This document shows positions 9,498 through 19,832 of a stretch of DNA of 64,000 bases, one piece after another. A program made the translations under genes and the position numbers. The stretch comes from Candidatus Melainabacteria bacterium 17Bon1m (GTDB lineage: Bacteria > Cyanobacteriota > Vampirovibrionia > Obscuribacterales > Obscuribacteraceae). Under the pieces are notes generated by a model. The model saw nothing but the letters and a program-made list of their open reading frames with translations, searched no databases and was not told the origin of the DNA. How positions within the stretch are numbered: the stretch's first letter is position 1; every line of letters starts with the position of its first letter. The DNA is taken from assembly GCA_032128875.1 (NCBI GenBank), contig JAVLKG010000010.1, forward strand, positions 64,001-128,000, written 5' to 3'.

Positions 9498-10958
9498 CTA
9501 AGCCTGAGCGTTGCTCAAATAGCTGTCTTCAACATACGTATAGCCGAAGTGCTGCAGGGTTTCTTTTATAGCAGCGAAAGACCCCGAGATGACTATAAAC
9601 TCATCCCTTTCCTTGCCAGCGCGTGCGGCGTCCACGGCTGCAGATATGCTTGGAAAACTCTTTCCTTCAGCGCCCATAAGCGTCAAGCAATGCAGCAAAA
9701 ATTCCTTGCTATGACTGGATCTGCGCCCCTTTGCCTCAGCAACGAATACTCTTTCGCCCTTATGCACCAAGCTGCTCAGTAGCTGTCTAACATCTTTCGT
9801 TTCAAAACTCGATATTACAAACAATGGTCGAAAACCAGGATAATTTTGATCGAGGAAAGCCCGTAAAGCCTGCGCTCCAGCCGGGTTATGCGCGCCATCC
9901 AAAAGGATGTCTTTGTTTTTCAAATACTGCAAACGTCCCGGCCAACGAACATTCTTTAACCCGGCACTCAATGTTTCCAAATCACATTTGTAAATAGCAT
10001 CAACGAGCTCTTGCGGTGCAGGTGGCGTTTTACCAAGCGCAATTTCTGAAATCGAACCGGACATTTGGACTTTGACGTCCTTATCCACAATCAAAAACTT
10101 TGCCACCGCCAACAGTGCGAGCAAACCGTTTTGAATCTGATGGTTTCCGAGCAAAGAAAGATTTTCTTTCAACAAACTCAAGAGTGGTGAAGCCGGACTG
10201 GAAGCCTCACGTTTTCCATTGATGTAGAGAACAATCTGATCATTGTTTGCCAACGAATAGACTGGAGACATTTTCTCCCGCGCAACACGTAAAACCTCAT
10301 CGAGAGCCGCGTCCTGGCACGCAGTAACAACGGAGATTCCCGGCTCGATAATGCCTGCTTTTTCAAATGCAATTTTCTCGACAGTGTCACCGAGCAAATG
10401 TGTGTGATCCAAACTGACATTTGTAATCACGGTCACAAATGGATTGGTCCGCGCGGTGGTGGCATCAAATCTTCCACCTAAGCCAACCTCGACCACTGCA
10501 ACATCGACCTTGCTCTCCGCAAAATGCATGAATGCCATGGCCGTGAGAAACTCGAACCAGGTCAGCTCGCCAACATCTTTATTTTCCTTCCCGAATTTCT
10601 CAGACAAGTCACGCAGCTTTGTCGCGATTCGCGCAAAATCTTCGTCGGTGATGGCTTTCCCGTCGACATGAAAACGCTCATTCCAACGCAAAAGATGCGG
10701 ACCAGTGAAGCGCCCGACCTTGTATCCGCGCGACCGCAAAATGCTATCCGCTATTGCTACCGTAGAACCTTTGCCGTTAGTCCCGCCAATGTGAATGCAC
10801 GGAATATCAGCCTCTTCAGACAAGTACGCTTCGATAAAGCGTTTCATTCTGTCCAAAGTCGGACGAGAGAGCGTCGGAGCAAGACTCTCCAGGTAGGTTT
10901 TTGCTTCCAGATAATTCATCGAAGGGCATTGTATAGGCGGGCGGGAAATTATAACCAC
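9498..10958 (-). CDS. folC: Folylpolyglutamate synthase / dihydrofolate synthase
   Basis: IHIGGTNGKGS, FEFLTAMAF, EVGLGGRFDAT, WPGRLQ, LDGAHNPAG. Start possibly 10919 (MNYLEAK). Confidence 0.95.
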   Translation of the reverse strand: MVIISRPPIQCPSMNYLEAKTYLESLAPTLSRPTLDRMKRFIEAYLSEEADIPCIHIGGTNGKGSTVAIADSILRSRGYKVGRFTGPHLLRWNERFHVDGKAITDEDFARIATKLRDLSEKFGKENKDVGELTWFEFLTAMAFMHFAESKVDVAVVEVGLGGRFDATTARTNPFVTVITNVSLDHTHLLGDTVEKIAFEKAGIIEPGISVVTACQDAALDEVLRVAREKMSPVYSLANNDQIVLYINGKREASSPASPLLSLLKENLSLLGNHQIQNGLLALLAVAKFLIVDKDVKVQMSGSISEIALGKTPPAPQELVDAIYKCDLETLSAGLKNVRWPGRLQYLKNKDILLDGAHNPAGAQALRAFLDQNYPGFRPLFVISSFETKDVRQLLSSLVHKGERVFVAEAKGRRSSHSKEFLLHCLTLMGAEGKSFPSISAAVDAARAGKERDEFIVISGSFAAIKETLQHFGYTYVEDSYLSNAQA

Positions 10959-11020
10959 AAATAGGGAGCCAAATGGGATGATGCTATTCTCAAACAGGCA
11001 TCCGGCAGAGAGGGAGACAA

Positions 11021-11569
11021 GTGGCGCTATTTACACGCGAACACACATATAAGACCGAGAGAATTCACGAGGGACACATCATCAATTTGCGTGTCGATTA
11101 CTTGCGCAACCCTGAAGGCAAAGAGGTTAAGCGCGAGCTGATTGAACACAACGGCGGAGTAACTATTTGCTGCAGACCTGATGAACAAACCATCGTCCTC
11201 ATTAAGCAATATCGCTATTCGGTCGATGAATTGCTCTATGAACTGCCGGCTGGGCGCATTGAGTTGGGCGAAGACTTGCTTGATGCGGCTAAACGCGAGT
11301 TGGCAGAGGAAACAGGCTATATCGCAAAAAACTGGCGGGAAATTGCCAGGGTATTTACCGCGCCAGGCTTCTGCAACGAGATGCTTTACATGTATGAAGC
11401 GACCGACGTCACCCTCACCCAACAATCTCTTGACGACGATGAAGAAGCGGAAGTAATTGTCATGCCCCTGACCGACGCCTGGCAGTTGGTATTGGAAGGT
11501 AAAGTTCGGGATTCAAAAACTGTGGCGGGATTGGGACTTTTAATCAGCGAAAATCGCCTGGCGAAGTAA
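11021..11569 (+). CDS. NUDIX hydrolase, ADP-ribose pyrophosphatase-like
   Basis: Nudix box ELPAGRIELGEDLLDAAKRELAEETG; QYRY; APGFCNE; GAGGGAG RBS before GTG. Confidence 0.9.
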   Translation: MALFTREHTYKTERIHEGHIINLRVDYLRNPEGKEVKRELIEHNGGVTICCRPDEQTIVLIKQYRYSVDELLYELPAGRIELGEDLLDAAKRELAEETGYIAKNWREIARVFTAPGFCNEMLYMYEATDVTLTQQSLDDDEEAEVIVMPLTDAWQLVLEGKVRDSKTVAGLGLLISENRLAK

Positions 11570-11755
11570 ACCCACATGAAAGAGCACTAATAACGAGTTG
11601 GCGAAAAGTCCTTTACCCGCCCAGTCATCAGGACTTCATTTCACTTCCGGCTTGGTATACTAAGGCGAAATTTTTGCAAAGCAGATTGAAGTAAATCCGC
11701 TTTTGAATCGCGAATCAGTAGGTCCAGAGCCTGCACCCGAGGCCAAGAGGTAGCA

Positions 11756-12004
11756 ATGACACCGAAGAAAGTTGAAAAGAATGACGGTCCCAGTCTCCCG
11801 TTGAATGCCATGTGGATTATGGGTGTACTCGGGTTTGTGGTGGTCGGCGCGAGCTTCGAGGTCATCAAATACTACCCGTTGCCTGCCAGCGTTGATCCGT
11901 ACTTCGACTGGGTCACCGGCGGTTGCTGGGGTCTCGTAGTTGGCGCAATCGCCGGACTCGTACTCGGTTACTTGACCGACGACAAATACTTCGAACAGAA
12001 GTAG
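11756..12004 (+). CDS. Small two-TM membrane protein
   Basis: 82 aa, GAGG RBS, two hydrophobic helices with a glycine zipper (GLVVGAIAGLVLG). Confidence 0.65.
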   Translation: MTPKKVEKNDGPSLPLNAMWIMGVLGFVVVGASFEVIKYYPLPASVDPYFDWVTGGCWGLVVGAIAGLVLGYLTDDKYFEQK

Positions 12005-12046
12005 TTCGTAAACGCCGTCGCGCAAAACAGCGTTGACGCATCATGT

Positions 12047-12076
12047 GTAGGGGCGATGCCATGCATCGCCCTTTTT
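12047..12076. repeat. REP-like palindrome (GTAG + GGGCGATGC-CAT-GCATCGCCC) followed by a T run
   Basis: 9-bp stem preceded by GTAG, between convergent genes; related sequences at 38739 and 52850. Confidence 0.7.
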
Positions 12077-12090
12077 GTTTCTGCGTGCAA

Positions 12091-13443
12091 TTAGCGCTTC
12101 AGTGATAGGAAAGAACGCTTCGGTGCCGGTAGGGAGGCGACGCCGGCTGCAAATCCTTTTGCATATGCATCGTCTAGTAGAGTCGGCAAGTATGGCTTGG
12201 CACAAAAGTCTTCGAGCGCGTCGATCCAATACTTGAGCGAATTTTCCTGCGGCAGTATCTTCGCATTTCGAATGGCGCTTTCGCAAAGGCGCACCACATC
12301 ATTCACAGCATCTTGCTTCGCATGATTTTTGCGAATGTACTCTTTTGCAGCTTTAGATATCTCGTCGCGATGAGCCTTGTCGTTGATGAGGTCGGAAACA
12401 GCCGCAACGAGCATGCGATGACATGCAGGCTCAGTCAGCACAGCATTCTCTCCATCGACCAAACACTCCCGCAATGTTCCGACAGCCGAACATACGACAA
12501 CTGCGCCCACAGACATAGCTTCCGCCACGTGATACATACATCCACAATATCTGAACGGAAAAACGGCGACGTCCGAAGAAGCAAGCAATGATGCACGTTT
12601 CTCCGCATCGAGAGCCGGAAGCCACTCGACATGCTTGTCGAGTTCGCCCAGTTGCTCCCTCAGTTTGTCTCGATATGAAACAGTCTCCCCAAACAACGGA
12701 GGCGACTCTCCTGCCATCGTAAAAAGTGCCCGTGGAAATCGTTCAACAAGAGCTGGAATTGCTTCGACCAATATATCAATGCCCTTGTAACGCTCCTGAG
12801 TTCCGATATGGACAATGTGCGGTTCGCCAGTTCTTCCATTCCACGGCTGCGGATGCTGCTGGGACTCAATCGCAGTTCTGTAGATGTCCGTTCTCTCTTC
12901 AGCAACCTCCCCAACATCAATTATGATGTTGCGCATCATTTCGCTCGGACTACCAATCACACTCATACTTCGCATCGCTGCGGTTTCCACCGCAGTGACA
13001 AGATTGGTGTCGACTGGATTAAAGCTGCCATCGAAGTTTTCGCGCATGATTTCAAACTGCGGTGTGACGCTCATCAAAGCGACCGGCAGTTTTTCAAAGC
13101 AACTCCAAAACATTCCATCGATTGCTTTCACGCATAAGACCACATCTGGTGCGTAGCCTATGACGTCATCTCGATGGGCTCTATATGTTTCATACGCACG
13201 TGAAAAAACCCAGCTGAAGACTGGTGCGCAGGCAAGCGAATGCAGGTTATTGTATCGCTCCAACTCACCCTTTCGGCAGAAAACTTTGGCATCGATGTCG
13301 TCAAAGTCTTGGTCACCAAGCGCGAAAACGACTGTTTCGTGCCCAGCTTTCTTCAAGTCAGTTACTACATGCTTGAAGAAAGACGTTGTGACAGCGTCAA
13401 GCTGATCGCCTTCGTAATAGCTAGTGATAAAAGCGACTTTCAT
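12091..13443 (-). CDS. Glycosyltransferase family 4
   Basis: YKGIDIL, DVAVFP, EAMSVGAVVV, GT-B layout. Confidence 0.9.
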   Translation of the reverse strand: MKVAFITSYYEGDQLDAVTTSFFKHVVTDLKKAGHETVVFALGDQDFDDIDAKVFCRKGELERYNNLHSLACAPVFSWVFSRAYETYRAHRDDVIGYAPDVVLCVKAIDGMFWSCFEKLPVALMSVTPQFEIMRENFDGSFNPVDTNLVTAVETAAMRSMSVIGSPSEMMRNIIIDVGEVAEERTDIYRTAIESQQHPQPWNGRTGEPHIVHIGTQERYKGIDILVEAIPALVERFPRALFTMAGESPPLFGETVSYRDKLREQLGELDKHVEWLPALDAEKRASLLASSDVAVFPFRYCGCMYHVAEAMSVGAVVVCSAVGTLRECLVDGENAVLTEPACHRMLVAAVSDLINDKAHRDEISKAAKEYIRKNHAKQDAVNDVVRLCESAIRNAKILPQENSLKYWIDALEDFCAKPYLPTLLDDAYAKGFAAGVASLPAPKRSFLSLKR

Positions 13444-14324
13444 TGGCCTTGCAGAACAGACTTCACTTTATTGAAGACTCTCATCGAGAGTCTTTGGTTG
13501 AGTTGAACATTCTCGGCTGACAGCGCTGCAAAGCGCTGTTCGAGATCTTCGTGATGCGCGCTCAATTCTTTGAAGGCATCATGCAGTTGTTGATACTCAT
13601 CCACAGACTTGAAATATTTCTGCTCCATGTTTTCTAGAATCTCCGGCAAATGCTTTTCGTAAAGCGCCGGATGTTCTTTCGCAAAACTAGCTAGAGCGGC
13701 TGCACGGTTGGTCGTTGATTTGCCTCTTTCGTGTTTTCGATAGTAATAGAGTGGTTCTTCAACACGCAAAAACTTATGCCCCTGGCTCAATGCGCGCAAC
13801 CAAAACTCATCGTCATCGTGATAGACGCTCGTGTTATATCCACCTAGTTGGTCGAACATTTTACGCTGGTAGAGAAAGGTTGTCGGAGCAGGCTTGCCCG
13901 ACATGATATCTAATATGGTGCATTCCGGAACATGCACGAGATTATGGTTACCGAACAACTGTGTCTGCGTAAACACGCCGCTGTATTCGGGACTGTAAGA
14001 CGCAATGACTGTCTCTGCATAGCGAGAATCGAGTAAATCATCTGAGTCCAAAGGCAAAACAAACTCGCCCTTACCCGCTGCAATGCCAGTGTTCTTTGCC
14101 GCTGCGCTACCACCGTTTTTGTCGCGTCGAATGATCGAAAGCCTTTCACCGTGCTTTGCTGCCACGTCTTTCAGCAACTCGCGTGCATCTGCTACTGGAG
14201 AAGCATCATCTACGACAATAGTCTCGGTGTTAGCATATGACTGCCCCAGCGCGCTTTCGACAGCCAGCCGCAGGTGAGCAGTGTGGTCGTAGTACGGAAT
14301 GACAATGGTGACTAGGGGTTTCAT
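13440..14324 (-). CDS. Glycosyltransferase family 2 with C-terminal coiled coil
   Basis: VTIVIPYY, IVVDDAS, LDSDD, DDDEFWLR. Confidence 0.92.
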   Translation of the reverse strand: MKPLVTIVIPYYDHTAHLRLAVESALGQSYANTETIVVDDASPVADARELLKDVAAKHGERLSIIRRDKNGGSAAAKNTGIAAGKGEFVLPLDSDDLLDSRYAETVIASYSPEYSGVFTQTQLFGNHNLVHVPECTILDIMSGKPAPTTFLYQRKMFDQLGGYNTSVYHDDDEFWLRALSQGHKFLRVEEPLYYYRKHERGKSTTNRAAALASFAKEHPALYEKHLPEILENMEQKYFKSVDEYQQLHDAFKELSAHHEDLEQRFAALSAENVQLNQRLSMRVFNKVKSVLQGQ

Positions 14325-14369
14325 TAGGTTTTAGACGCAGCAATTGCAACTTGTCGTCGCCAAGCTTGT

Positions 14370-15791
14370 TTATTGTTTGAGTATCGGCTTGAGGCCTTCG
14401 GTGATGATAGATGCCAGCTTGCGGTGCCCCGCCGGTGAGAAGTGCGCACTATAGTAAAGCGGACTCTTTTGCATTGGAGACAGACTGGGAAAGTGCTCAG
14501 CAGCATCGATGATGGCAATGCCTTCTTGAGCCCCCATTTTCTTGAGCGCCTTGATCTCTTTGTAGTAGAAAACCATGTTGTCCAGGGACGGCAACGTAAC
14601 GATCACCAGCTTTGAACCGGAATTGTTGCAGGCCTTATTGAGCATGCGAAACACACGACCAGTCAGATTCACATCTGCGCGTGCGGCATCATTCAACATC
14701 TTGAAGCTTTCCTGTCCACTTGCATCAGCGGCATTTACATCACCCAGACGCGGTTGAACAACAGATGTCCAAATGTCTTCATGACTAATCTGTTTGTCCA
14801 ATGCACGAGTCTCATCACAAACAGCCTTTCTCTGCGCTTCGTAGTCTCCAAGTTTTGAAAGCGGTACATTCGCCATCTCGTTCTCAATACTGCCGGAGAA
14901 TGGTGCCAAAAGAGCATTGAAGGTACTCAAATACCACTTGCTTGAGGAGCGCAACATGAAGTCGTCGGCGCACAGTGCTTGAAAGAGATGGCAATTTCGG
15001 CGCAACCATTCGCTCGCGATCATAAACTTCACGCCTTCCGTGTGCAGCCAGCCATCCATGAAGTTGTAGTCGATGGTTAGCTCGTCTTTGTTGTTGGCGG
15101 ATAGTGTAGGCGCAGGCAAAGTCACCGTGCCAAACTTAGGAAAATTCTCCGTCGAATCGAAGATGTTGTAGACAACGACTGTCACATCAGGCGAATAAGG
15201 ACGAACCCGAGTCAAGTAATTGACGAAGTACTGGACGATTCCATAGCTGGACATTCCGAAATTGATCGTTTCAAATTTCTGCTTTGGAACACTTTGTCCT
15301 GGTTGTGCTTGTTGTTGACTTTGCGCATTGAGGTTGTTTTCAACAAGTCGCACAAATGTGTCCGCGATCGGCACCTGCATCGCCTGCGTTTTCGAATCAC
15401 CAATGAAAGCAATACGAGTCACTCCGGCGGGTTTGGCTAGTTGATGTTCCACATCGCGCCAACCAGCGGACGAAATCTTTTCGCGCGCAAAACCTTCTTG
15501 GCGGAAGTCGACCCATTTGTTTTCGAGATGGCTGATGCCGAGAATCGGATCAATCTTGATGTACTCGTCATCACCTAGACCGAGGAGACCCATGGCTCCT
15601 TCTGCAACAACAAGCATTACGGCAAAGATCAATAGTATGGAAGGAACAACGAACAGTGCAGCGCGAAACCTTTGGAAATTAGTTGGACCTTGTTTGTTTG
15701 GAGACTTTGATTGAAGCACGCGTCTATCCGCGGTGCTGACGGCAACAGTCGTTGTGATTACTTCAGGATCGTAGAGGGTTGTTGGTGACAT
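14370..15791 (-). CDS. Membrane-anchored SGNH/GDSL-like protein (AlgJ-like O-acyltransferase partner)
   Basis: N-terminal TM helix, IAFIGDS block I, INFGMSSYG block II, HFSPAGH near the C-terminus; directly downstream of an MBOAT gene. Confidence 0.75.
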   Translation of the reverse strand: MSPTTLYDPEVITTTVAVSTADRRVLQSKSPNKQGPTNFQRFRAALFVVPSILLIFAVMLVVAEGAMGLLGLGDDEYIKIDPILGISHLENKWVDFRQEGFAREKISSAGWRDVEHQLAKPAGVTRIAFIGDSKTQAMQVPIADTFVRLVENNLNAQSQQQAQPGQSVPKQKFETINFGMSSYGIVQYFVNYLTRVRPYSPDVTVVVYNIFDSTENFPKFGTVTLPAPTLSANNKDELTIDYNFMDGWLHTEGVKFMIASEWLRRNCHLFQALCADDFMLRSSSKWYLSTFNALLAPFSGSIENEMANVPLSKLGDYEAQRKAVCDETRALDKQISHEDIWTSVVQPRLGDVNAADASGQESFKMLNDAARADVNLTGRVFRMLNKACNNSGSKLVIVTLPSLDNMVFYYKEIKALKKMGAQEGIAIIDAAEHFPSLSPMQKSPLYYSAHFSPAGHRKLASIITEGLKPILKQ

Positions 15792-15811
15792 GTTTGAACT
15801 TGCTTACGCAC

Positions 15812-17341
15812 CTAAAACTGGAAGTAGATAAAAGGCTGAGATTCACCGCGACAAATGGCTAAAAGCATTAGTCCAATGAAAAACGAGATACCTATGTTTG
15901 CCATCGCAGGCAGTGGCACGGTCGCGGGAGCAGATAGCGATTTCAAGTCTAAACCAGGAACAAGATGCGATCCTGCGTCGCCCAAGGTCGATGTCTTTTC
16001 TAGCCGTTTTATAAGAGCGCCGCTAGCAAGAATCAAGAGATAGACACAAATTGCAGCGGGCACTGGTGAGTTGAAGAACGAGTGCGCAACTGCGCAATCT
16101 ATTTGTGCAGTCCGCAGTGAGAACATTGCACCGAAAACACCAATCGCCTCAGGCAGGGTTTTTGCGCGGAAAAGAACCCAGCCGCAAAGCACAGTAACGA
16201 TGGTTATTACATGGGCAACTGCCATGCCAACCAACGAATTAGCAGCTCGTGAAAGCGCTGGTGCTTTCGCTAGCTGCTTGTCCCACGCTCTATTGACTGC
16301 TAATCCCACTCCGTGGAAAAGTCCCCACAGGACGAACGTCCATGAAGCTCCGTGCCACAGGCCGCCAAGCAACATAGTCGTGATCAGATTGGCAGATGTC
16401 TGCGCTTCTTTGCCGCGCGAGCCACCCAGAGGAATAAAGAGATAATCGCGCAACCATGTGGACAAACTCATGTGCCAACGGTGCCAGAACTCACGAAGAC
16501 TGGAGGCAATGTACGGCATGTTGAAGTTTTCCGGCAAAGAATAACCCAAGAGCTTCGCCGAACCTCTGCCGATATCTGTGTAGCCGGAGAAGTCATAGTA
16601 AATTTGAAATGCAAAAGCGGCGATACAGAGCCAACCTTCAAACGTTCCCATGAGATTGGGATTATCAAAGCCGGCTTTAACAATCGGCGCAAGATTGTCT
16701 CCCAGTGCGGTTTTCTTGAACAAACCTTGAACAATGAGAAATAGACCTGATGCAAATTGCTCGAAGGTAACTTCAGGCTTTTCATCGAGCTGTTTATCAA
16801 AATCTTGGTAGCGCTTGATTGGACCGGCAATCTGCGACGGGAAGAAGGACGCAAACAAGGCAAAGCGCAAGGGATTCTTTACAGGCTTGCTTCCTTTATA
16901 TATGTCTACAAGGTAATGAATAAACTCGAAGACAAAAAAGGAAATGCCGAGAGGAAGAATGATTGGTAGGTCTGAGATGCCGGTACCTTTGTCCAGCGGA
17001 AAAGCAAGAAAACGCCCCAGCCAGGCGCAAGACGTGTTAATCGAATCGAGAATAAAGTTGGTGTACTTGTAGAGCGCCAACGTAGAAAGGTTGAGGGCTA
17101 TCCCGGCGATCAATATCAGCCGGCGCGTTGCATGCTGCTCGAACCGACCGACAAGCAGCCCCAGCACATAATTGGCGACAGTCAGGCCCAGGAGCAAAAG
17201 CCCGTAGACCTTGAAGGAGTACATGTAAAAGAAGTAGCTAGCCGCAATGAGCAATACCGGCTTCACCTGACGTGGAACGAGCCAGTAGGCAAGAACCACC
17301 ACGGGCAGAAAGACCAGGTATTCGAAGCTATTGAATAACAA
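15812..17341 (-). CDS. MBOAT O-acyltransferase, AlgI/PatA type
   Basis: MLFNS, LPLGISFF, FFPSQIAGPI, YDFSGYTD, EFWHRWHMSLSTWLRDYLFIPLGG, GLWHGA, FIYFQF. Confidence 0.95.
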   Translation of the reverse strand: MLFNSFEYLVFLPVVVLAYWLVPRQVKPVLLIAASYFFYMYSFKVYGLLLLGLTVANYVLGLLVGRFEQHATRRLILIAGIALNLSTLALYKYTNFILDSINTSCAWLGRFLAFPLDKGTGISDLPIILPLGISFFVFEFIHYLVDIYKGSKPVKNPLRFALFASFFPSQIAGPIKRYQDFDKQLDEKPEVTFEQFASGLFLIVQGLFKKTALGDNLAPIVKAGFDNPNLMGTFEGWLCIAAFAFQIYYDFSGYTDIGRGSAKLLGYSLPENFNMPYIASSLREFWHRWHMSLSTWLRDYLFIPLGGSRGKEAQTSANLITTMLLGGLWHGASWTFVLWGLFHGVGLAVNRAWDKQLAKAPALSRAANSLVGMAVAHVITIVTVLCGWVLFRAKTLPEAIGVFGAMFSLRTAQIDCAVAHSFFNSPVPAAICVYLLILASGALIKRLEKTSTLGDAGSHLVPGLDLKSLSAPATVPLPAMANIGISFFIGLMLLAICRGESQPFIYFQF

Positions 17342-17744
17342 AGCGAGGCAGCTCCAAAATCTCGCCGGCCCGAAGCCTTGAAAGGGCTGTATGCCCCATA
17401 TGGCGAGACTTACAGAGTTTACAAGATAGTAAGTCTTGTTCCATGACTACCCTCTCAGGTTGGGCACCCGTACATAAAGCGTTTCTAACAAACCTGAGAG
17501 AAATCGCAGCGAGATATGCAGCCTATTTCGATCGCAGACAAAATCAGTTCTTAATCGATATGCAATCGATAGAATTCTCGCAGTATTCTCGATCATCGTT
17601 GCCGCACGGAATGATCCGGCGCTTGTTAACGAAACCAAGCCACCAAAAGTGGCACCAAAAGCAACGCGATCGAATATCAAGTAATACATCCTTAAATGAC
17701 TACTGGGGTACTTCCGCGCATATTCCAATTTCCAGAATGCGCGA

Positions 17745-17750
17745 TAAACT
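17745..17750 (+). promoter_or_regulatory. Putative -10 element (TAAACT) of structured RNA copy 1
   Basis: TAAACTAAATGCAT is identical in both copies immediately before the conserved core. Confidence 0.55.
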
Positions 17751-17756
17751 AAATGC

Positions 17757-17968
17757 ATAACCGGTGAGCAATCACTCGAACGAGTTGAGAGCTTTGAGCC
17801 GAGGGGCCCTGTGGAAACATCAGGTTGGCGCTAACCAGATACGGTAGCAAGGGACCCGCATCACATGAAGGACTGACTGAAGTGTGGTGAAATACTGAGC
17901 CCAACGCAAGGGGCAGTCAGGCAGTAGCATGAAGACCGTCGCAGAGCAATCTGGACGGTCTTTTTGTT
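17757..17968 (+). ncRNA. Unidentified structured non-coding RNA, copy 1
   Basis: About 12 differences from 20041-20252 over ~170 core nt by eye; compensatory or GU-compatible changes in stems; GNRA tetraloops; ends in an intrinsic terminator. Confidence 0.8.
17932..17968 (+). terminator. Intrinsic terminator of RNA copy 1
   Basis: AAGACCGTC-G-CAGA-GCAA-TCTG-GACGGTCTT then TTTGTT. Confidence 0.85.
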
Positions 17969-18086
17969 GCGCTAAAATGCAAGCGTAATTGATGTTTCGA
18001 CCAGAGATTTTTTGATGTTTCAACCCGAGATACTTTGAACTTTCGTCAAAGACTCATCGGATAAATCCGCAGGAGATTCACTAAAT

Positions 18087-18416
18087 ATGCCGGTTTTCCC
18101 TGTCCAATTTTTACAACGCATGCGCAACGCTGGACTAGGTGTTTATAGCGAAGCACCGAGCAAAGAAGTCGATGGCGTTGGTCCGCGTGTGACTGCGGTT
18201 GATGGCGATTACAAGGTGTATCTGTACGGTGCAAAGGACAAATGGGTTGTAGAAGCAATATTCTCACCCGAAGAAAAAAGCCCATGCGACTTTCATGCAG
18301 TTTTTGACACTCCAGCCGACGCGGTGGCTGACGCCATCGCATATTTCAAGAAAGATGAGCGCTGGCAAGCAACGAAGGACTTTATGGAAAGCACTGGCAA
18401 AAAACCTCAGCCTTAG
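18087..18416 (+). CDS. Hypothetical protein (109 aa)
   Basis: AGGAG RBS, globular composition, no family recognised. Confidence 0.7.
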   Translation: MPVFPVQFLQRMRNAGLGVYSEAPSKEVDGVGPRVTAVDGDYKVYLYGAKDKWVVEAIFSPEEKSPCDFHAVFDTPADAVADAIAYFKKDERWQATKDFMESTGKKPQP

Positions 18417-18501
18417 GCGTTTCCAAACCAGTTTACGCATTTGAGAAATTCAATACAGCCGACATATCAAACGGCTATAATCCGCATATCCCCGCTTATC
18501 A

Positions 18502-19356
18502 TTGGAGCCTGAAGTGCCCAGAGACAGAATAAGTCTTCAAATTCTTTTCGACCGGTTACCGCAATTCAGCGAGCGCGACCTCGATGAAGCAGCAAAGAAT
18601 GTTTCTCACAATCCGCCGGATTTTCGTTATCAACTGCCAAAAGACACATCGGTTGCAGGAGAGGGCGCAGCGTCTTCCAATGCGCACAAAATTCGCATTA
18701 CCTTCAGCGATAAAAAACTCGAAGAGAGAGATTTAGCTCAAATTAGCGCGCACGTGCGTTTGGTCCCGGACACTGTTGCTGCGATCGAAAAACACACGGC
18801 TTATATTGAACTGTCGGTCGAGCCCAATCCTGCAAAACCGCTTGATGCCTATCAGGAGCTCACATTTCTTGCTTGCTTGATCGCTTTGAGAGATGGTTCG
18901 GCGATTACTAATATCAATGGATTTACAAGCTTCAGCGCGCCTGGGATGCTGCAATTGCTAGCTGACAATGATTGGTCGGATGCGATTCAGGAAATGCCTC
19001 CGCTGTTTTTATATTGTGGTCCAGTCTTGCATGAATTCGATAACAACACGAATTTGTGGATGCGCTCCTACGGAAGCCATTTGCTCGGTATTCCCGATCT
19101 GGGCACCATAATCCCAACAGAGATTATTCAAGAATACGTGCCAATGACGCTGCAAATCTTCGACAACATGATGTCTTACATGATTGAGTCTGGGAATGCA
19201 GTCGAGCCCGGCCACACGATGGAGACGGATTCGGTCACGATAAAACTCTTTGACCAACAGGCCGCGGATGATGAATATTTCTATCAAAGCCCTTCAGGCA
19301 TGTTGCGCGTTGAGTACACGCCTAAGCCAGGCTTCGTGATGCCCCGATTTGCATGA
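18502..19356 (+). CDS. Hypothetical protein, probable DUF4261-type C-terminal domain
   Basis: WMRSYGSHLLGIPDL...YMIESG..VEPGHT resembles DUF4261 from recollection; start uncertain. Confidence 0.6.
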   Translation: MEPEVPRDRISLQILFDRLPQFSERDLDEAAKNVSHNPPDFRYQLPKDTSVAGEGAASSNAHKIRITFSDKKLEERDLAQISAHVRLVPDTVAAIEKHTAYIELSVEPNPAKPLDAYQELTFLACLIALRDGSAITNINGFTSFSAPGMLQLLADNDWSDAIQEMPPLFLYCGPVLHEFDNNTNLWMRSYGSHLLGIPDLGTIIPTEIIQEYVPMTLQIFDNMMSYMIESGNAVEPGHTMETDSVTIKLFDQQAADDEYFYQSPSGMLRVEYTPKPGFVMPRFA

Positions 19357-19832
19357 GCGCAGAATTTTTCAGAATAAAAAACGGTCTGGCGCAAAATCTG
19401 ATTTTGCTTTTGGCTGCAATCTGTATACAAGGATGCGGTGAGCAAAAGCATGATTCAAGAGCGGAAGACGGTCCTCAGCGACCGGCGCCCTCAGCAGCGG
19501 CTGCAGAGGATGCTTACAAGAAGCGGTCACTGGAATTTCCTGCCGATTTTCCTTTGCCGAAATATCCGAATTCCGAATTAGAAGCATCGCAGGTAAAACT
19601 GAGTGATAAACCTGCGCACACCGTGATATTGACGTCACGAGATGACGTGCCGACTGTCTCTCATTACTATTTCAAAGCACTGAAACAGGGCGGTTGGGAC
19701 ATCGGAAAAGTCATAAACAACAAAACCTATATGATGCTGACCGCGTCAAAAGATGGTCGAGAAGCCAACGTGATGGTTTCGGAAACCCGCACAGGTATAA
19801 CCGCGATTTCTCTTTACTCGAACAAGAAATAG
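19353..19832 (+). CDS. Putative lipoprotein
   Basis: Hydrophobic stretch ending IQG-C; P.DFPLPKYPNS and V..YY..ALKQGGW pattern; ATGA overlap with the upstream gene. Confidence 0.7.
   Translation: MSAEFFRIKNGLAQNLILLLAAICIQGCGEQKHDSRAEDGPQRPAPSAAAAEDAYKKRSLEFPADFPLPKYPNSELEASQVKLSDKPAHTVILTSRDDVPTVSHYYFKALKQGGWDIGKVINNKTYMMLTASKDGREANVMVSETRTGITAISLYSNKK

Noticed and set aside
17650-17662. TGGCAC as a sigma54 -24 element (also at 19945)
   Set aside because: GG to GC spacing is 8 nt in both copies, not the required 10.
17443-18023. Track ORFs 17443..17760 (+) and 17820..18023 (-)
   Set aside because: No RBS or recognisable composition, and the reading frames are not preserved in the second repeat copy.
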